A stretch of 64,000 nucleotides of DNA from Lama guanicoe (Eukaryota), in assembly GCA_013239625.1 (NCBI GenBank), contig MU054098.1, positions 2,667,104 to 2,731,103 of the forward strand, given 5' to 3'. This document shows positions 25,206 to 38,309 of the stretch, one piece after another. The notes below the pieces were generated by a model. That model searched no databases. It was not told the origin of the DNA and saw only the letters and a program-made list of their open reading frames with translations. Both the position numbers and the translations under genes were made by a program. How positions within the stretch are numbered: position 1 is the first letter of the stretch; every line of letters begins with the position of its first letter.

Positions 25206-26624
25206 AGTCTAGAATCTAGTTTCAAACATGCTTGAACAGTGGCAGCCTTATTGGATTAAGTTTATAGCCTTCCAAGGAGGAAACATTAAGGAACGCCACA
25301 TTTAGACACAGAACCTCCACTGAGTTGGGAACAATCATAATGGCTTAACCGTTCAAATAGTCAAACAGTTCAAATAGTTCAAACGGTAAAACACATTCCA
25401 AGTTCCAATGGTGAGTTGGTTTCCCAAACCTTATTTGATCCATAAGAAATGACACTTTATAATGCAGAGGCTCTGACAACTAGGCTGTTAGCAGAAAAAA
25501 GGGCCAGGAAGGAAGTGCCTCGGCATTTCTAGAAAATTGAGGGGAGGGTTTTGGACTCAGAAGGAACTCTGGTAGCAAAAGTAGGAGGTGGCTCTTAATG
25601 GGAGGGTGGCAGCAGTAGTTGTATTTTCAGATCATTTGAAAACCACATGTTCACACTAGGTATTTCCTGTAAAAGATCTAGCCATATTATTTAAAGTACA
25701 GATTCATCCATTTGTACACCTTGCAGGACTTTCTTTTACAACACAGATTAAGCGATCAGTTTAAACAACCAAAGCAATGTAGCCCCGCTGTCCAATAAGC
25801 AGAGTGATTACTGTGCTTAGTATTCTTGGGCAGGAGAAGCAGTGAGAATTTTTGAGTGTTTAACAGGATTCATTGGAACTAGTGGCAAGAAAATGAGTGT
25901 TGTGTGAGCTCAAGAGGAAACTCCTAAACCCAAAGAGTTAACATATTAGTCTGTAGTTTTCTCAATGTTTAAGGCAATCCAATTTGATAAATTAACTTAA
26001 AGTTTGTAACTGTTCAAGTTACTCCTCTAACATAGTAAAAGCAAACCCAAATGTTCTCTTATTTTAACTATAAAGACAAAGACCTTCTCAAGGACATTTC
26101 AGTTCAGATAAGGATAAACAAGCACATCCTTCTCAAATGAAAGCAATTTTGCCTGTTTCCTGTTACATAGAAATGCACATCAGTGGTAGGATTCAAGAAA
26201 ACATCACTATTTAAACTCTTCACAGGATTCTATGTCAAGACTTCTCAAAAATGGAAGTCTGAAATTAAGGAAGAGAAATTTCTTCCTATTCAAAACAATG
26301 AATATAGTTTGGAGCCAACATCTGATAGAAAATAAAGAATACTTTTAGAGAACACAGAAAACTAACTTTCTTAGCCTAGTTGGAGACTCCAGTCACACAT
26401 CATCATACAGAAAATGTATACATCAAACTTAAGATTAAAATTGTATCTCCTGAACTTAATTATGGAAAGGGCAAATTCTAAATGTGTTTCTGTAAATGGC
26501 ATTTTGGCTTTGCAGACTACTATTTTAAAAGCTAAAACCTTCTTGAGTAACTATTACTTAAATATTTTCTGTAAGAAGTGCAAAGTTACGGTCATCCTTA
26601 AATGTGTTAAAAAGAATCTTGCAC

Positions 26625-26672
26625 AATAAAATGATTTTGTGTATTTTTAGCTTCAGTATAAACAAAAATAAA
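26625..26672 (+). terminator. TRPC5: Candidate distal TRPC5 polyadenylation signals
   Basis: AATAAA at 26625-26630 and 26667-26672, with downstream T-rich tracts. Confidence 0.55.
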
Positions 26673-27444
26673 GCATTTACTTTTTTTCCCCTGAAATGCA
26701 TGGCTGCTCAGATTTAAGGTGCTTTGTTCCTCCCTTTTCCAACATAATCATTTATAGCCATCTATTATTAATAAACATTTATGAACAACAATGGATTTTA
26801 CACTATAATTCAACCAGTAGACACACTTAAGGGAGACCTCCACAGTCCAATATATTTGGAAAAGTAGATGACTGAGAATAAGCATATTAATAACATTATA
26901 ACTTTTACATTTCCCATTAAGCAAAGCTTAGTATTAAATATTTAGAAAATTTAATAAGCACTCATAAAGAACTCTGAGGTAAGGACATGAAGGGACTATA
27001 AAGCTACAGCTTACAACACTGACAGACCTTATGGGCTTTATCCTGAAAACTTTTTAGTGTCCAAAATATGATACATGTTATACAGACCAGTTTGAATGTG
27101 TAGGCCAGTGAGAAGACACATAACTTGAGTCATTATTAAACAAGTATAATTTGAGTAAATTTAGGTGATATTTTCTCAAGTATCAGTTAATGTAAGGTTT
27201 TTTTTTTTTTTTTTGCAGTCATGGACTTTTCAGGAATTAGCTTTCCCCAAATTAAGTCAGATTCTGAAGTCTTACTTTTATTTTACTCATTAACATTAAC
27301 TTTTAGGCTTTCAGAGTACTGGTTAGCAAACCAAGACAGCTTAACTTTTAGCCAAATAAGTCACAAGTCCCGGCCTAATTATTTTAAGTATGACTGGGTG
27401 TATAACATTTACACATTGGTTAGATTAAGACAATTAAAAAGGCA

Positions 27445-28740
27445 GTAATATATCTGAAAAAGATATGTAACCAGCATATGCAAAGAACTCCTACGACTCA
27501 ATAATAAGAACACAAACAATTTGAACACATTTCAAAAAGAAATACATACAACTGGTAAATAAGCACATGTAAAGGTGCTCAACATAGTCACGGAAATGCA
27601 AATTAAAACCACAATGAGATACAAATTACTACAAACCCACCAGAATGGCTAAAATCAAGAAGAATGACACCACCAAATGTTGACGAGGATGAAAAACAAC
27701 TGGAACTCTCATATACTGCTCCAAAGCATTACAGAGAAAATTGCAGACTTGAAGTACCCTTCACCCCTTAACATTTCAGCATGCATATTGTTAACTATAG
27801 TTCAGTATTTGTCAAAGTTTCTTTTTTTCTTCATTTATAAAGGTTCTTTTCTTTCTGAGGTAAAGTTTACATGCAGTGAAAATACTTCCCAGGAGTACAA
27901 AATGGTACAATCACTTGGGAAAATGTCCTGCATTTCCTTACTAAACATATACCTATGACCCAGTAATTCCATTCCAAGAGGAATAAAAACATATGCCCAC
28001 AAAAAGACTTCTACAAAAGTGTTCATAGCAGCTTTAGTCATATCTAAAAACTGGAAATGGCCCAGGTGTCCATCTATAAGAGACCGAGTAAACAAACAAT
28101 GACATAGCCGCACAATGAAATGCTGCTCAGCAATAAAAAGTACTGACACACACAACATGGATGAATCCCAAATACCTTATGCTAAAGATGTCTTACACAA
28201 AGGAGCATATATTCTGATTCATTTACATACAGCTTGAAAAACAGAAACTATGATGGGGGAAAAATCAGAAGAACAGTGGTTGCCTAGAGGACAGGGACAG
28301 GGATGGGGAAGCAGGGATTGGGAAGAAGCATGAGGGAACCTTGATAAAGCCTTCACAGATGTGTGATTTGCCAAAATTCATCGCATCAAACACTTAAGAT
28401 TTGTGTATTTCACTGCATGTAAACTTTACCTCAAAAAGAAAAGAACCTTTAAAGATGAAAAAAAAAGAAACTTTAACAAATACTGAACTCTAGTTAACAA
28501 TATGCATGCTGAAATGTTTAGGGGTGAAGGGTACTTAAGTCTGCAATTTTCTCTGTAATGCATCAAAAAATAGGATTTATAGGTGGATATGTGAAAAGGC
28601 AAGTGTAGTAAAATGTTAACTATAGAATATAGCTGGTGGATATACAGATGTTCATTGCATAATTATTACAACTTTTCTTTATGTTTAAACATTTTCAAAA
28701 TAAAACGTTGGGGAATAAAAGCACTGAATAAAAGAAAAGA
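27445..28740 (+). mobile_element. Old L1MC-like 3' portion, with an internal insertion
   Basis: gaaatgcaaattaaaaccacaatgagatac...; cctatgacccagtaattcc; L1MC-type 3'UTR similar to 46060-46900. Confidence 0.8.
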
Positions 28741-29547
28741 ACTAGATTAACAAAAGCCAAATATATACCATGCTTCAAAACAGCTAGCAGCTAGGAGGAG
28801 GAATAACTTCTTGGGTAGTTGAAGCTATTTCAGCAGAGTAAAAAGAATGAAAGAAAATTAAAACAAAGCTCAACTGCTGCAGCAAGTAAAACAACTGAAT
28901 ATAAAATAGGTTGCTTTTTTGTAAGGCTATACATGTAGTAGAACTTTTCTTTCTTTATTGTGGTAATAAGAACACTTACCATGAGATTATCCTCTTAACT
29001 GATTTTTAAGTGTACAATACAGTATTGTTAACTATGGACACAATGCTGTACAGCAGATCTCTGAAACTTATCTTGTATAACTGAAATTTACCAAGATAAA
29101 AATTGTCACTTTGATCTGGCTAATATCAAGAAGGAAATAAAACAGTTTAAGAACTGTAGTACTCTAGTATTAGGGTGATACTGTTTTCTACAATTCTGCA
29201 AATGATTTGAAAAACCTGTATTATGTAATTTAGAAAAAGGCACAAGATCTGCAAGGAAAGATTCACTAGTTGACTAGGTGATGGGACTGATCACACATAA
29301 AACACCAATAAATCAATACTATCATTAATGTTTAGATCTTAACATTTTTATTTATTGATTGACCTGAATTCATAAAAACTGATTCAGTTTAATCTCAATA
29401 TTGTTGAATCATCCCCCTATCCCTCACATAAGGTTTAGTCAGTGGCAGGAGCCACAAATAGCTCTTCAACAATAAAGAACTTCCTGGTTTTCAAGCTCCC
29501 CTCTGGAAGCCATAAGGAGAGAAGTGAACTCAAAAGTGGTGGTGATT

Positions 29548-32500
29548 TGAAGATGGTAGAGTAGAAGGAACCTGAGCTCATTTCCTCTTACGAATACACT
29601 ACCACCACAACTGACCGCTGAACAACCACTGATAAAAAGACTAGAACCTACCAAAAAAGATCTTCTACAGCTGGAGACATAAAGAGGGAACCACAGCAGG
29701 ACAGCAGGAGAGGCACACTCACAATATAATCGGGTTCCATATCCCCTAGGTGGGCAGCCCACCTGGAGAATAATTATGTTGCAGAGGTTCTCCCATGGGA
29801 GCGAGAGTTCTGAGCCCCCACATGAGACACCTCAGCCTAGGGTTCTGGCATCAGGAGGAGGAGCTCTGAGAGTACTCGGCTTTGAAAGCCAGTGGGGTAT
29901 ACCTGCAAGAGCTCCATAGGACTAGGGGAAAGAGAGACTTCATGCTTAAAGAGCACATGCTAAATCTCACGTGCACCAGGACCAAGGGTCGAAGAAGTGA
30001 TTTCATGGGAGTTTGGGATAGACCAGCCTGCTGATCTTAGATGGTCTCTTGCAGTGGTGGGGGGTGGCAGTGGCTCACCCTGGGGACATAAAAGCTGGTG
30101 ATTGACATTGGAGAATATCGGGGAGTATTCATCTGAATAAACTCTTCAGGAAGCTGATATCTTGCTTGGGTCATTAGCACCAAGACCTGGCCCCACCCAA
30201 CAGCCTGTACACTTAACTGCTGGGGCATCTCAGGCCAAACAACTAACTGGTGGGAACACAGCTCCAGCCATCAGCAGACAGGCTACCTAAAGATTTCCTG
30301 AGCCCATAGCCACCTCAAGGCATGCCCCTAGACACTGCCCTGCCCACCAAAGGGCTAGGAACCAGTGTCACCCACCAGTGGGCAGGCACAGGCCCCTATC
30401 ACCAGGAAGCTTACACAAGCCTTTAAAACAGCCTCACCCACCAGGGGGAAGACACCAGAAGCAGGAAAATTATGACCCCACAGCCTGTGGAACCAAATCC
30501 ACAAATGCAGGCCAGACCCTACTCTGGGACTAGCCGGCTCCTGGCCCTTGGGTGACGAGAAGGGAGTACACTGCTGGAACACATAGGACGTCCCCTACAG
30601 AAGGCCACTTCTCCAAGGTCAAGAAACGTTAATTAACCCACCACATAATAAAAATACAAATAGAAATTTAGACAAAATGAGGCAGCAGCAGATTATGTTC
30701 CAGATGAAGGAACAAGATACAACTCTAGAAGAACTAAGTGATATGGACATAGGCAACCTACCTGAGAAAGAGTTCAGAGTACTGGGGTGAAGATGATCCA
30801 AGAACTCTGGAGATAAATGGATGCATAGAGAGAGAAGTTAGAAGTTTTTAACAAAGAGTTTGAGAATATAAAGAACAACCAAGCAGAGCTGAAGACTACA
30901 GTAACTGAAATGAAAAATACTAGAAGGAATCAATAGTAGACTAAATGAAGCAGAAGAATGGATCTGCGAGCTTGAAGGCAGAATAGAGGAAATCACTGCC
31001 ACAGGACAGAAAAAAAGAATGAAAAGAAATGAGGACAGTTTAAGAGACCTCTGGGACAATATAAAGTGCACTAACACTTGCAATATAGGGGTCGCAGAGG
31101 GAGGAGAGAGAAAGGACCTAAGAAAATATTTGTAGAGATTAATAGCTGAAAACTTTCCTAACATAGGAAAGGAAACAATTGCCCAAGTTCAGGAAGTGTA
31201 GAGAGTTCTACACAGGATTAACCCAAAGAAGAGCACACAGAGGCACACGGTAATCAAACTGACAAAAATTAAAGATAAGGGAAAAATATTAAAGGTATCA
31301 AGAAAAAAGCAACAAATAACATACAAAGGAACTCCCTTAAGTTATCAGCTGATTCTTCAGCAGAAACTCTGCAGGCAAGAAAGCAGAGGCATGATATATT
31401 TAAAGTGATGAAAGGGAAAAACCTACAATCAAGAATACTCTACCCAGGAAGACTCTCGTTCAGATTTGACTGAGAAATCAAAAGCTTTACAGACAAGCAA
31501 AAGCTAAAAGAATTCAGCCCCACCAAACCAGTTTTACAACAAATGCTAAATGAACTTCACTAGGCAGAAAAGAAAAGGCCACAACTAGAAACAAGAAAAC
31601 TACAAAATGAAAAAGCTCACCAGTAAAGGCAAACATAAAGATAGGACATCATCCACACAAATTAATAGGGAAGCTAAAAGACAAAAGTAGTAAAATCACC
31701 TGTATCCACAATAAAGTTAAAGGATACACAAAATAGATGTAAAATATATTAAAATCAGTAATAGTGAAGGAGGAGCATACAAATGCAGGATATTTAAAAT
31801 GCATTTGAAATTAAGAGATCAGCAACTTAAAATGATCGTGTATATACAGACTGCTATATCAAAACCTCATGGTAACCGCAAACCATAAATCTACAATAGA
31901 TATACACACAAAAAAAGAAAGAGGAATCCAAACATAATACTTAAGATAGTTACCAATTCACAAGAGAACAAAAGAAGGAAGGGGAACAAAAGACCTACAA
32001 AAACAAATCCAGTGTATGTATATGTGATTGTTGTATGGATACAAAAACAAGACTCATATATATGCTATCCATTTGGTAATTTATTGTAATGGAAATCAAA
32101 AGAAAGCTGGAATAGCAATATGTATATCAGACAAAATAGACTTTAAAATAAAGACTGTTACAAGAGACAAAGGACGCTATACAATGATCAAGGGATCAAT
32201 CCAAGAAGAAGATATAATAATTGTAAATATATATGCACCAAACATAGAAACATCTCAATATATACGGCAACTGTTAACAGACATAAAAGGAGAAATTGAC
32301 AGTAACACAATAATAGTGGGGGACCTCAACACTACTTTTAAATAAATGGACAGATCATCCAGACCAAAAAAAATAAGAAAACACAGGTCTTAAATGACAC
32401 ATTAGACTAGATGGACTTAATTGATATTTATAGAACAGTTCATCTGAAAGCAGCATAATACACATTCTTCTCAAGTGCACATGGAACTTTCTCTAAAATA

Positions 32501-35340
32501 GATCACATGCTGGGCCAAAAAGCAAACCTCAGTAAACTTAAGAGAACTGAAAAACTTGAAAAAACTGAAAAACTCCATGTTTTTGTGGGGTTTTTTTGAA
32601 GTTTTTTTTACTTACAGTTGATTTTTTAATCTCAGAGTGCTGTGGTCAGAAAAGGTGCTTTATACCTTTTCAAAAATCAAGAAATCAAAAAATACCTACA
32701 GACAAATGAAAACAAAAACAAAATGATCCAAAACTTATGGGAATCAGCAAAAGCAGTTCTAAGAGGGAAGTTTATAGAGACACAAGCTAACCTCAGGAAA
32801 CAAGAAAAATCTAAAATAAACAATCTAACCTTACACCTAAAGCAACTAGAGAAAGAAGAACAAACAAAAAACACTAGCAAACTGACTCTGACAATACCTT
32901 AAAAGGATCATACACCATGATCAAATGGGATTTATTCCAGGGATGCAAGGATTTTTCAATATCAGCAAATCAATCACTGTTACATGCCACACTAACAAAC
33001 TGAATAAAAATTGTATGATCATCTCTATAGATGCAGAAAAAGCTTTTGACAAAATTCAACATCCATTTGATAAAAACTCTCCAAAAAGTGGGCATAGAGG
33101 GAGCATACCTTAACACAATAAAGGCCATATATGACAAACCCACAGCTACATCATACTCAATGGTGAAAACCTGAAAGCATTCCCTCTAAGATCAGGAACA
33201 AGACAAAGATGCCCTCTCTCACTACTTTTATTCAACATAGTTTTGGAAGTCCTAGCAACAGTAATCAGAGAAGAAAAAGAAATAAAAGGAATACAAATTG
33301 GAAAGGAATTAGCAAACTGTCAAGGTTTGCAGACAACATGATACTATACACAGAAAATCCTAAAGAAGCTACCAGAAAACTACTAGAGCTCATCAACGAA
33401 TTCAGTAAAGTTGCAGGATTCTGAATTAATACACAGAAATATATTGCATTTCTATGCACTAACAAGAAATATCAGAAAGAGAAATTAAGGAAGCAATCCC
33501 ATTTACCATCACATCAAAAAGAAAAAAGGTATCTAGGAATAAACATACCTAAGGAGGCAAAAAGACCTGTACTCGGAAAACTGTAAGACACTGATGAAAG
33601 AGACTGAAGACGACACAAACAGATGGAAAGATACACTGTGGTTTTGGATTGGAAGAATCAGTATTGTTAAAATGACCATATTACCCAAAGCAATCTATAG
33701 ATTCAATGCAATCCCTATCAAACTGCTAATAGCATTTTTCACAGAACTAGAACAAAAGAACTGTTAAATTTGTATGGAAACACAAAAGAGCCCGAATAGC
33801 CAAAACAATCTTGAGGAGGAAGAATTGAGCTGGAAAAAATCAGGATCCCTGATTTCAGGCTATACTACAAAGCTATAGTAATCAAAACAGCATGGCACTA
33901 GCCCAAAAACAAACATGTAGATCAATGGAATGGGACAGAAAGTCCAGAAACAAACCCATGTACTTATGGTCAACTAATCTATGACAAAGAGGGCAAGAAT
34001 ATACAATGGAGAAAAGACAGTCTCTTCAATAAGTGGTTCTGGGAAAACTGGACAGCTATATGTAAAAGAATGAAATGAGAACATTCTCCAATGCCATAAA
34101 CACAAATATATTCAAAATGGATCAAAGACCTAAATGTAAAACCAGATACTATAAAATTCCTAGAGGAAAATAAACGCAGAACACTTTTTGATATAATTGC
34201 AGCAATGTTTTCTTTTGGATCCACCTCCTAGAGAATGGACATAAAAACAAAAATAAACAAATGGGAACTAATTAAACTTAAAAGCTTTTGCACAGCAAAG
34301 GAAATCGTAAACAAAATGAAAAGACAACCTACGGAATGGGAGAAAATATTTGCAAACACAGCGACTGACAAGGGATTAATTTCCAAAATATACAAGCAGT
34401 TCACACAGCTCAATACAAAAAAAAAACCCAATGAAAAAATGGGCAGAAGACCTAAATAGACATTTCTCCAATGAAGATATACAGATGGCCAACAGGCACA
34501 CGAAAACATGCTCAACATTGCTAATTATTAGAGAAATGCATATCAAAACTACAGTGAGGTATCACCTCACACTGTTCTGGATGTCAATCATCAAAAAAGT
34601 CTACAAATAATAAGTGCTGGAGAGGGTGTGGAGAAAAAGGAACCCTCCTACACTGTTGGTGGGAATGTAAACTGGTACAGCCACTATGGAGGACAGCATG
34701 GAGGTTCCTTAAAAAACTAAAAATAGAGTTACCGTATGATCCAGCAAACCCAATTCTGGGCATATATCTTGAAAAAAGAAAAGTATAATTTGAAAAGATG
34801 CATGAACCCCAATATTCACAGCAGCACTATTTATGACAGCCAAGACATGGAAACAACCTAAATCTCCATCAACAGATGAATGGATAAAGGAAATGTGTGT
34901 GTACACACACACACACACAATGGAATACGACTCAGCCATAAACAAGAATGAAATGTCATTTGCAGCAACATAGATGGACCTAGAGATAATCATACAAAGT
35001 CAGTCAGACAAAGAAACACATCATATGATATCACTTACATATGAACCTGAAAAATGACACAAATGAACTTATTTACAAAACAGAAAGAGACTCACAGACA
35101 GAAAACAAACTTATGGTTACTAGGGGGAAGGGGTGGGGAGGGAGTTTGGGATTGGTAGATACAAATTATGTTCAGAACAGATAAACAACAAGGTTGTTCA
35201 GTATAGCACAGGGAACTATATTCAGTGGCTTGTAATGAAAAAGAATGTATATCTGTATCTGTAACTGAATCACTATGCTGTACACCAGAAACTAATATAA
35301 CATTGTAAATCAACTATACTTCAATTTTTTAAAAGTTCTT
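29548..35340 (+). mobile_element. Near full-length, inactive L1 (5'UTR ~29548-30676, ORF1 ~30677-31563, ORF2 ~32010-34990, 3'UTR) with internal deletions and inversions
   Basis: Endonuclease (NIYAPN, IIVGDLNT) and RT ([22 protein letters not shown]) remnants with many frameshifts; 16-bp TSD aaaa[g/a]tggtggtgatt at 29532-29547 and 35341-35356. Confidence 0.95.
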
Positions 35341-38303
35341 AAAAATGGTGGTGATTATTAGGGAAAAAGTGAAGCTGTAAAACCTGAAGTAGTTTACTCA
35401 CCTCAACTGGTTTCAACTACATATAAATGTCATGATTTAATATAATTTAGTTTTACAGGTAGCTAGTGAATATTCTTGAGAATTACAGAATTTTAAGAAT
35501 TAGTTGCCTGTAGTACAGGTTTCCCCCAACCCCTAGAAATCTTAACAAGGGTACCTGTTAAGGTACCTTATGTGACAGTGTCTCTAAAATCGTAGATGTT
35601 TATTTTCAGGATTCAAGGCAAAATGTTTAAAAACCTGAACTCTTACTAGCATAAACATTTACTCTCCAGACGGCTAGTTACCAAGGTAGTTTTTCTTTTA
35701 CTATTAGAAAAATTTCAAACATAGAAGTAGATGGAATAACGAATTCAGGCTTCAACAGTTATTAACATGCAGCTAATCTTCTTTCATCTATAAACCCTGA
35801 ACTCACATTATTTTGAGGTGATACAGATTTATCACGCTAAAACAGTTTTAGTTGCATGGTAGGTAGTTACCTAAACTCAGGTCCATCCTTTCCTGAAGCT
35901 ACATCTCTCCACATCCAGGCACTCCACACATTTCTGAAACAGTCTTTGATAATTGAGGCAGGAGAGAAGACAAGAATTCTAAATCAAGCTGCTCTGACTG
36001 AAATTTAACATTCTAGGTAAGATGGGGGAAACAAGAGGGTTGTCTTTTGCTGTATTAGTTCTCCTGAATTTTTATTATAAATGGAAATGTAAATGGTTTC
36101 AAAGAGGTTTCACATAAAATGAACTAAATTTGTCCCAGATTTAGAAAAAATCTAGATTAAGTTCATGCATCATCTTCCTCCAATGGACTATTTCATTATT
36201 TATGGAGATTTATGTCTGAATAAGTTCTGAATGTCTGGTGTTCACATAAAAAAACATGATTTGTTTGTTTATACTTTTATTTCCAAAGTGAATTAAAAGG
36301 TTGTCTTGATTATAGGCTTCAAGAAAATGAAAGATGCTTTAAATTCACAAGTCTTGAACTTCAACAGTAGAACAGATTCAATATTTTCATCTGCTCTTAA
36401 TCAAGACAAAAAACCACAATCAGTTTTGAGAATAAATATATGCAGCATAAAAAAAAGAATTCTAACTGATTTTCCTCACTATGGAAAAGATCCAACTTTC
36501 TACCTTTGGTGTTCCCAGATTTATCTCAGGAAGGAAATGAAAGCAAAGAACAAACCACAGTGCCTTTACATCCTCTACCACCCAACAATTCTAAATGGAT
36601 AAAATTTGGGTATAACAGCAGAGGAAAGACAGGATCTCTTCTGCAACATCAAGGGCAACAAAAGAGGTAATATGTAAAAAGTCTACCACTGTGTTTATAC
36701 TATAGGTTGATTAAACATGTTAAGTGTTTGTTTTGTTTTTTTATTACCAGAAAAACCACCTCCTTTTTACCTGGAAGCTGCTTTTAAAAACCACTGCAGA
36801 CTTCTGCAGCACTACAGCTTACCTTCACCCTTCCTACTCCCAAAACAATAGGAGGGTCACGGCACACTCTTGATTATTTATTAGAAGTCTAATTTAAAGC
36901 ATAAACAAGTGGACTATACTTGTATGATTTAAACAGACCATAAACTGGTAACAATTAGGTTGACCTTGGGTTTTTAACTTAATAACAAGCATCTCATTAA
37001 ACTGCATTAATTAGTAATGGAAATCAAGGCAAGGCAGTAATCTACAAGTTTAAAATATAAACAAATCAACTGGAAGCCTAAGGCAAACATGTTTATCTCA
37101 AGACCACAAAATTTCCAGACCCACATTCTCAAGAAGCTAATTAGTGAACTACTGACAGCTGAAACTACAGGACAATCACTTGCCATGAGTTGTGTATAAT
37201 TCAGAAATGCTAGCATATTTAAAAAATGTTGGAGAGGGATTGCTCCATGTTTCAAGCTTGACTAAAATAAACCTTTACTTAAAACATAAAGCAATTTGTA
37301 GGCTGCACAAGTTGAGAACCCAGGAAGTTAGCAGAGAAGCTAACATATTAATATAGAGTTAGGCTGTTATAAAGATCAGTGCACTGTTGTCCATCTTTCT
37401 TTACTAAAGTTGTCAGATGCCAACTTGCAGAGCAACTTCTTACAATCAAGGATGCAAAAAAAGACACTACTAGTTCCATGTCTATTAATGAAGCAGAAGC
37501 CTTAACTAGAACACTGACTGATATGAAACTCACTATTATCAATCATCTTGAGAACAATATATCGAAGACAGGATATCATCTTTGCAATGGGATTCCACTC
37601 TCTGGTTCTTTCAGCTATTCAAGTAACTTAAGTCTTGAGGTCTCAAAAGGTTCTTTTTGCCTGGGGTGTAGCTAAAGGTGAGAAAGAATAGAATGCTTCA
37701 AAAGAACAAATAACTTTTAAAGGAGGCAATATAAATAGGTTTTGTGGCAAAGAACACTTTTAAAATAGCTGTCTGTAGGTGAGATAGAGCAAAGCATTCA
37801 TGAAGAATTACCCCTCAGAGAAGAACTGATCAATACAGAAAATCTTGTGGTCTTTGAGTAGATCAAAGGGAGAAGGGAGAAGGCAGAAAGGCTAATGAAA
37901 TATGTCTCAGAAAGTCAGACTAGGCAGGTCTGGAGAGATACAAGGTAAATCTAAAAGCAAAAATTATAAGATTCAACAACTATTAGAAGTATAGAACAAT
38001 GAGAAAGTAAGTCTAGATTAAAGTTTCATAAGGGAATTAACAGATTTAAAAAAAACAGAAATACAACTTAAAGGAACATTCTCAAGGGAAAATAACTAGA
38101 TATGGTAATATGCATTGCAATGTGTTGAGACTAAATAACATTTCAACTGACCCCGCCAGCTCATGCTATAAATTCACATTTTTTGGCAACCAAAACACCA
38201 GGGGGGAAACATACTGGAACAATCAACAGTCTGGTACTCTTCCCTGCCATGAAAAAGCAAAAGAGAAGAAAATTTCACATTTTAGCAATTTTAAATGCTA
38301 ATT

Positions 38304-38309
38304 TTTATT
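38304..38309 (-). terminator. ALG13: Probable ALG13 polyadenylation signal (3'UTR ~650 nt)
   Basis: AATAAA on the - strand, followed by a U-rich element (tgtgaaattttcttctcttttgcttttt). Confidence 0.65.

Larger units (their letters stand above)
18517..26695 (+). other. TRPC5: Probable long TRPC5 3'UTR
   Basis: Repeat-poor AT-rich stretch after the stop codon, ending at tandem AATAAA (26625, 26667) followed by U-rich sequence; repeat density rises sharply after ~27.4 kb. The end point is inferred. Confidence 0.6.

Noticed and set aside
32028..34518. Endonuclease and reverse-transcriptase ORFs as a novel RT system
   Set aside because: They are frameshifted pieces of an ordinary dead L1 ORF2.
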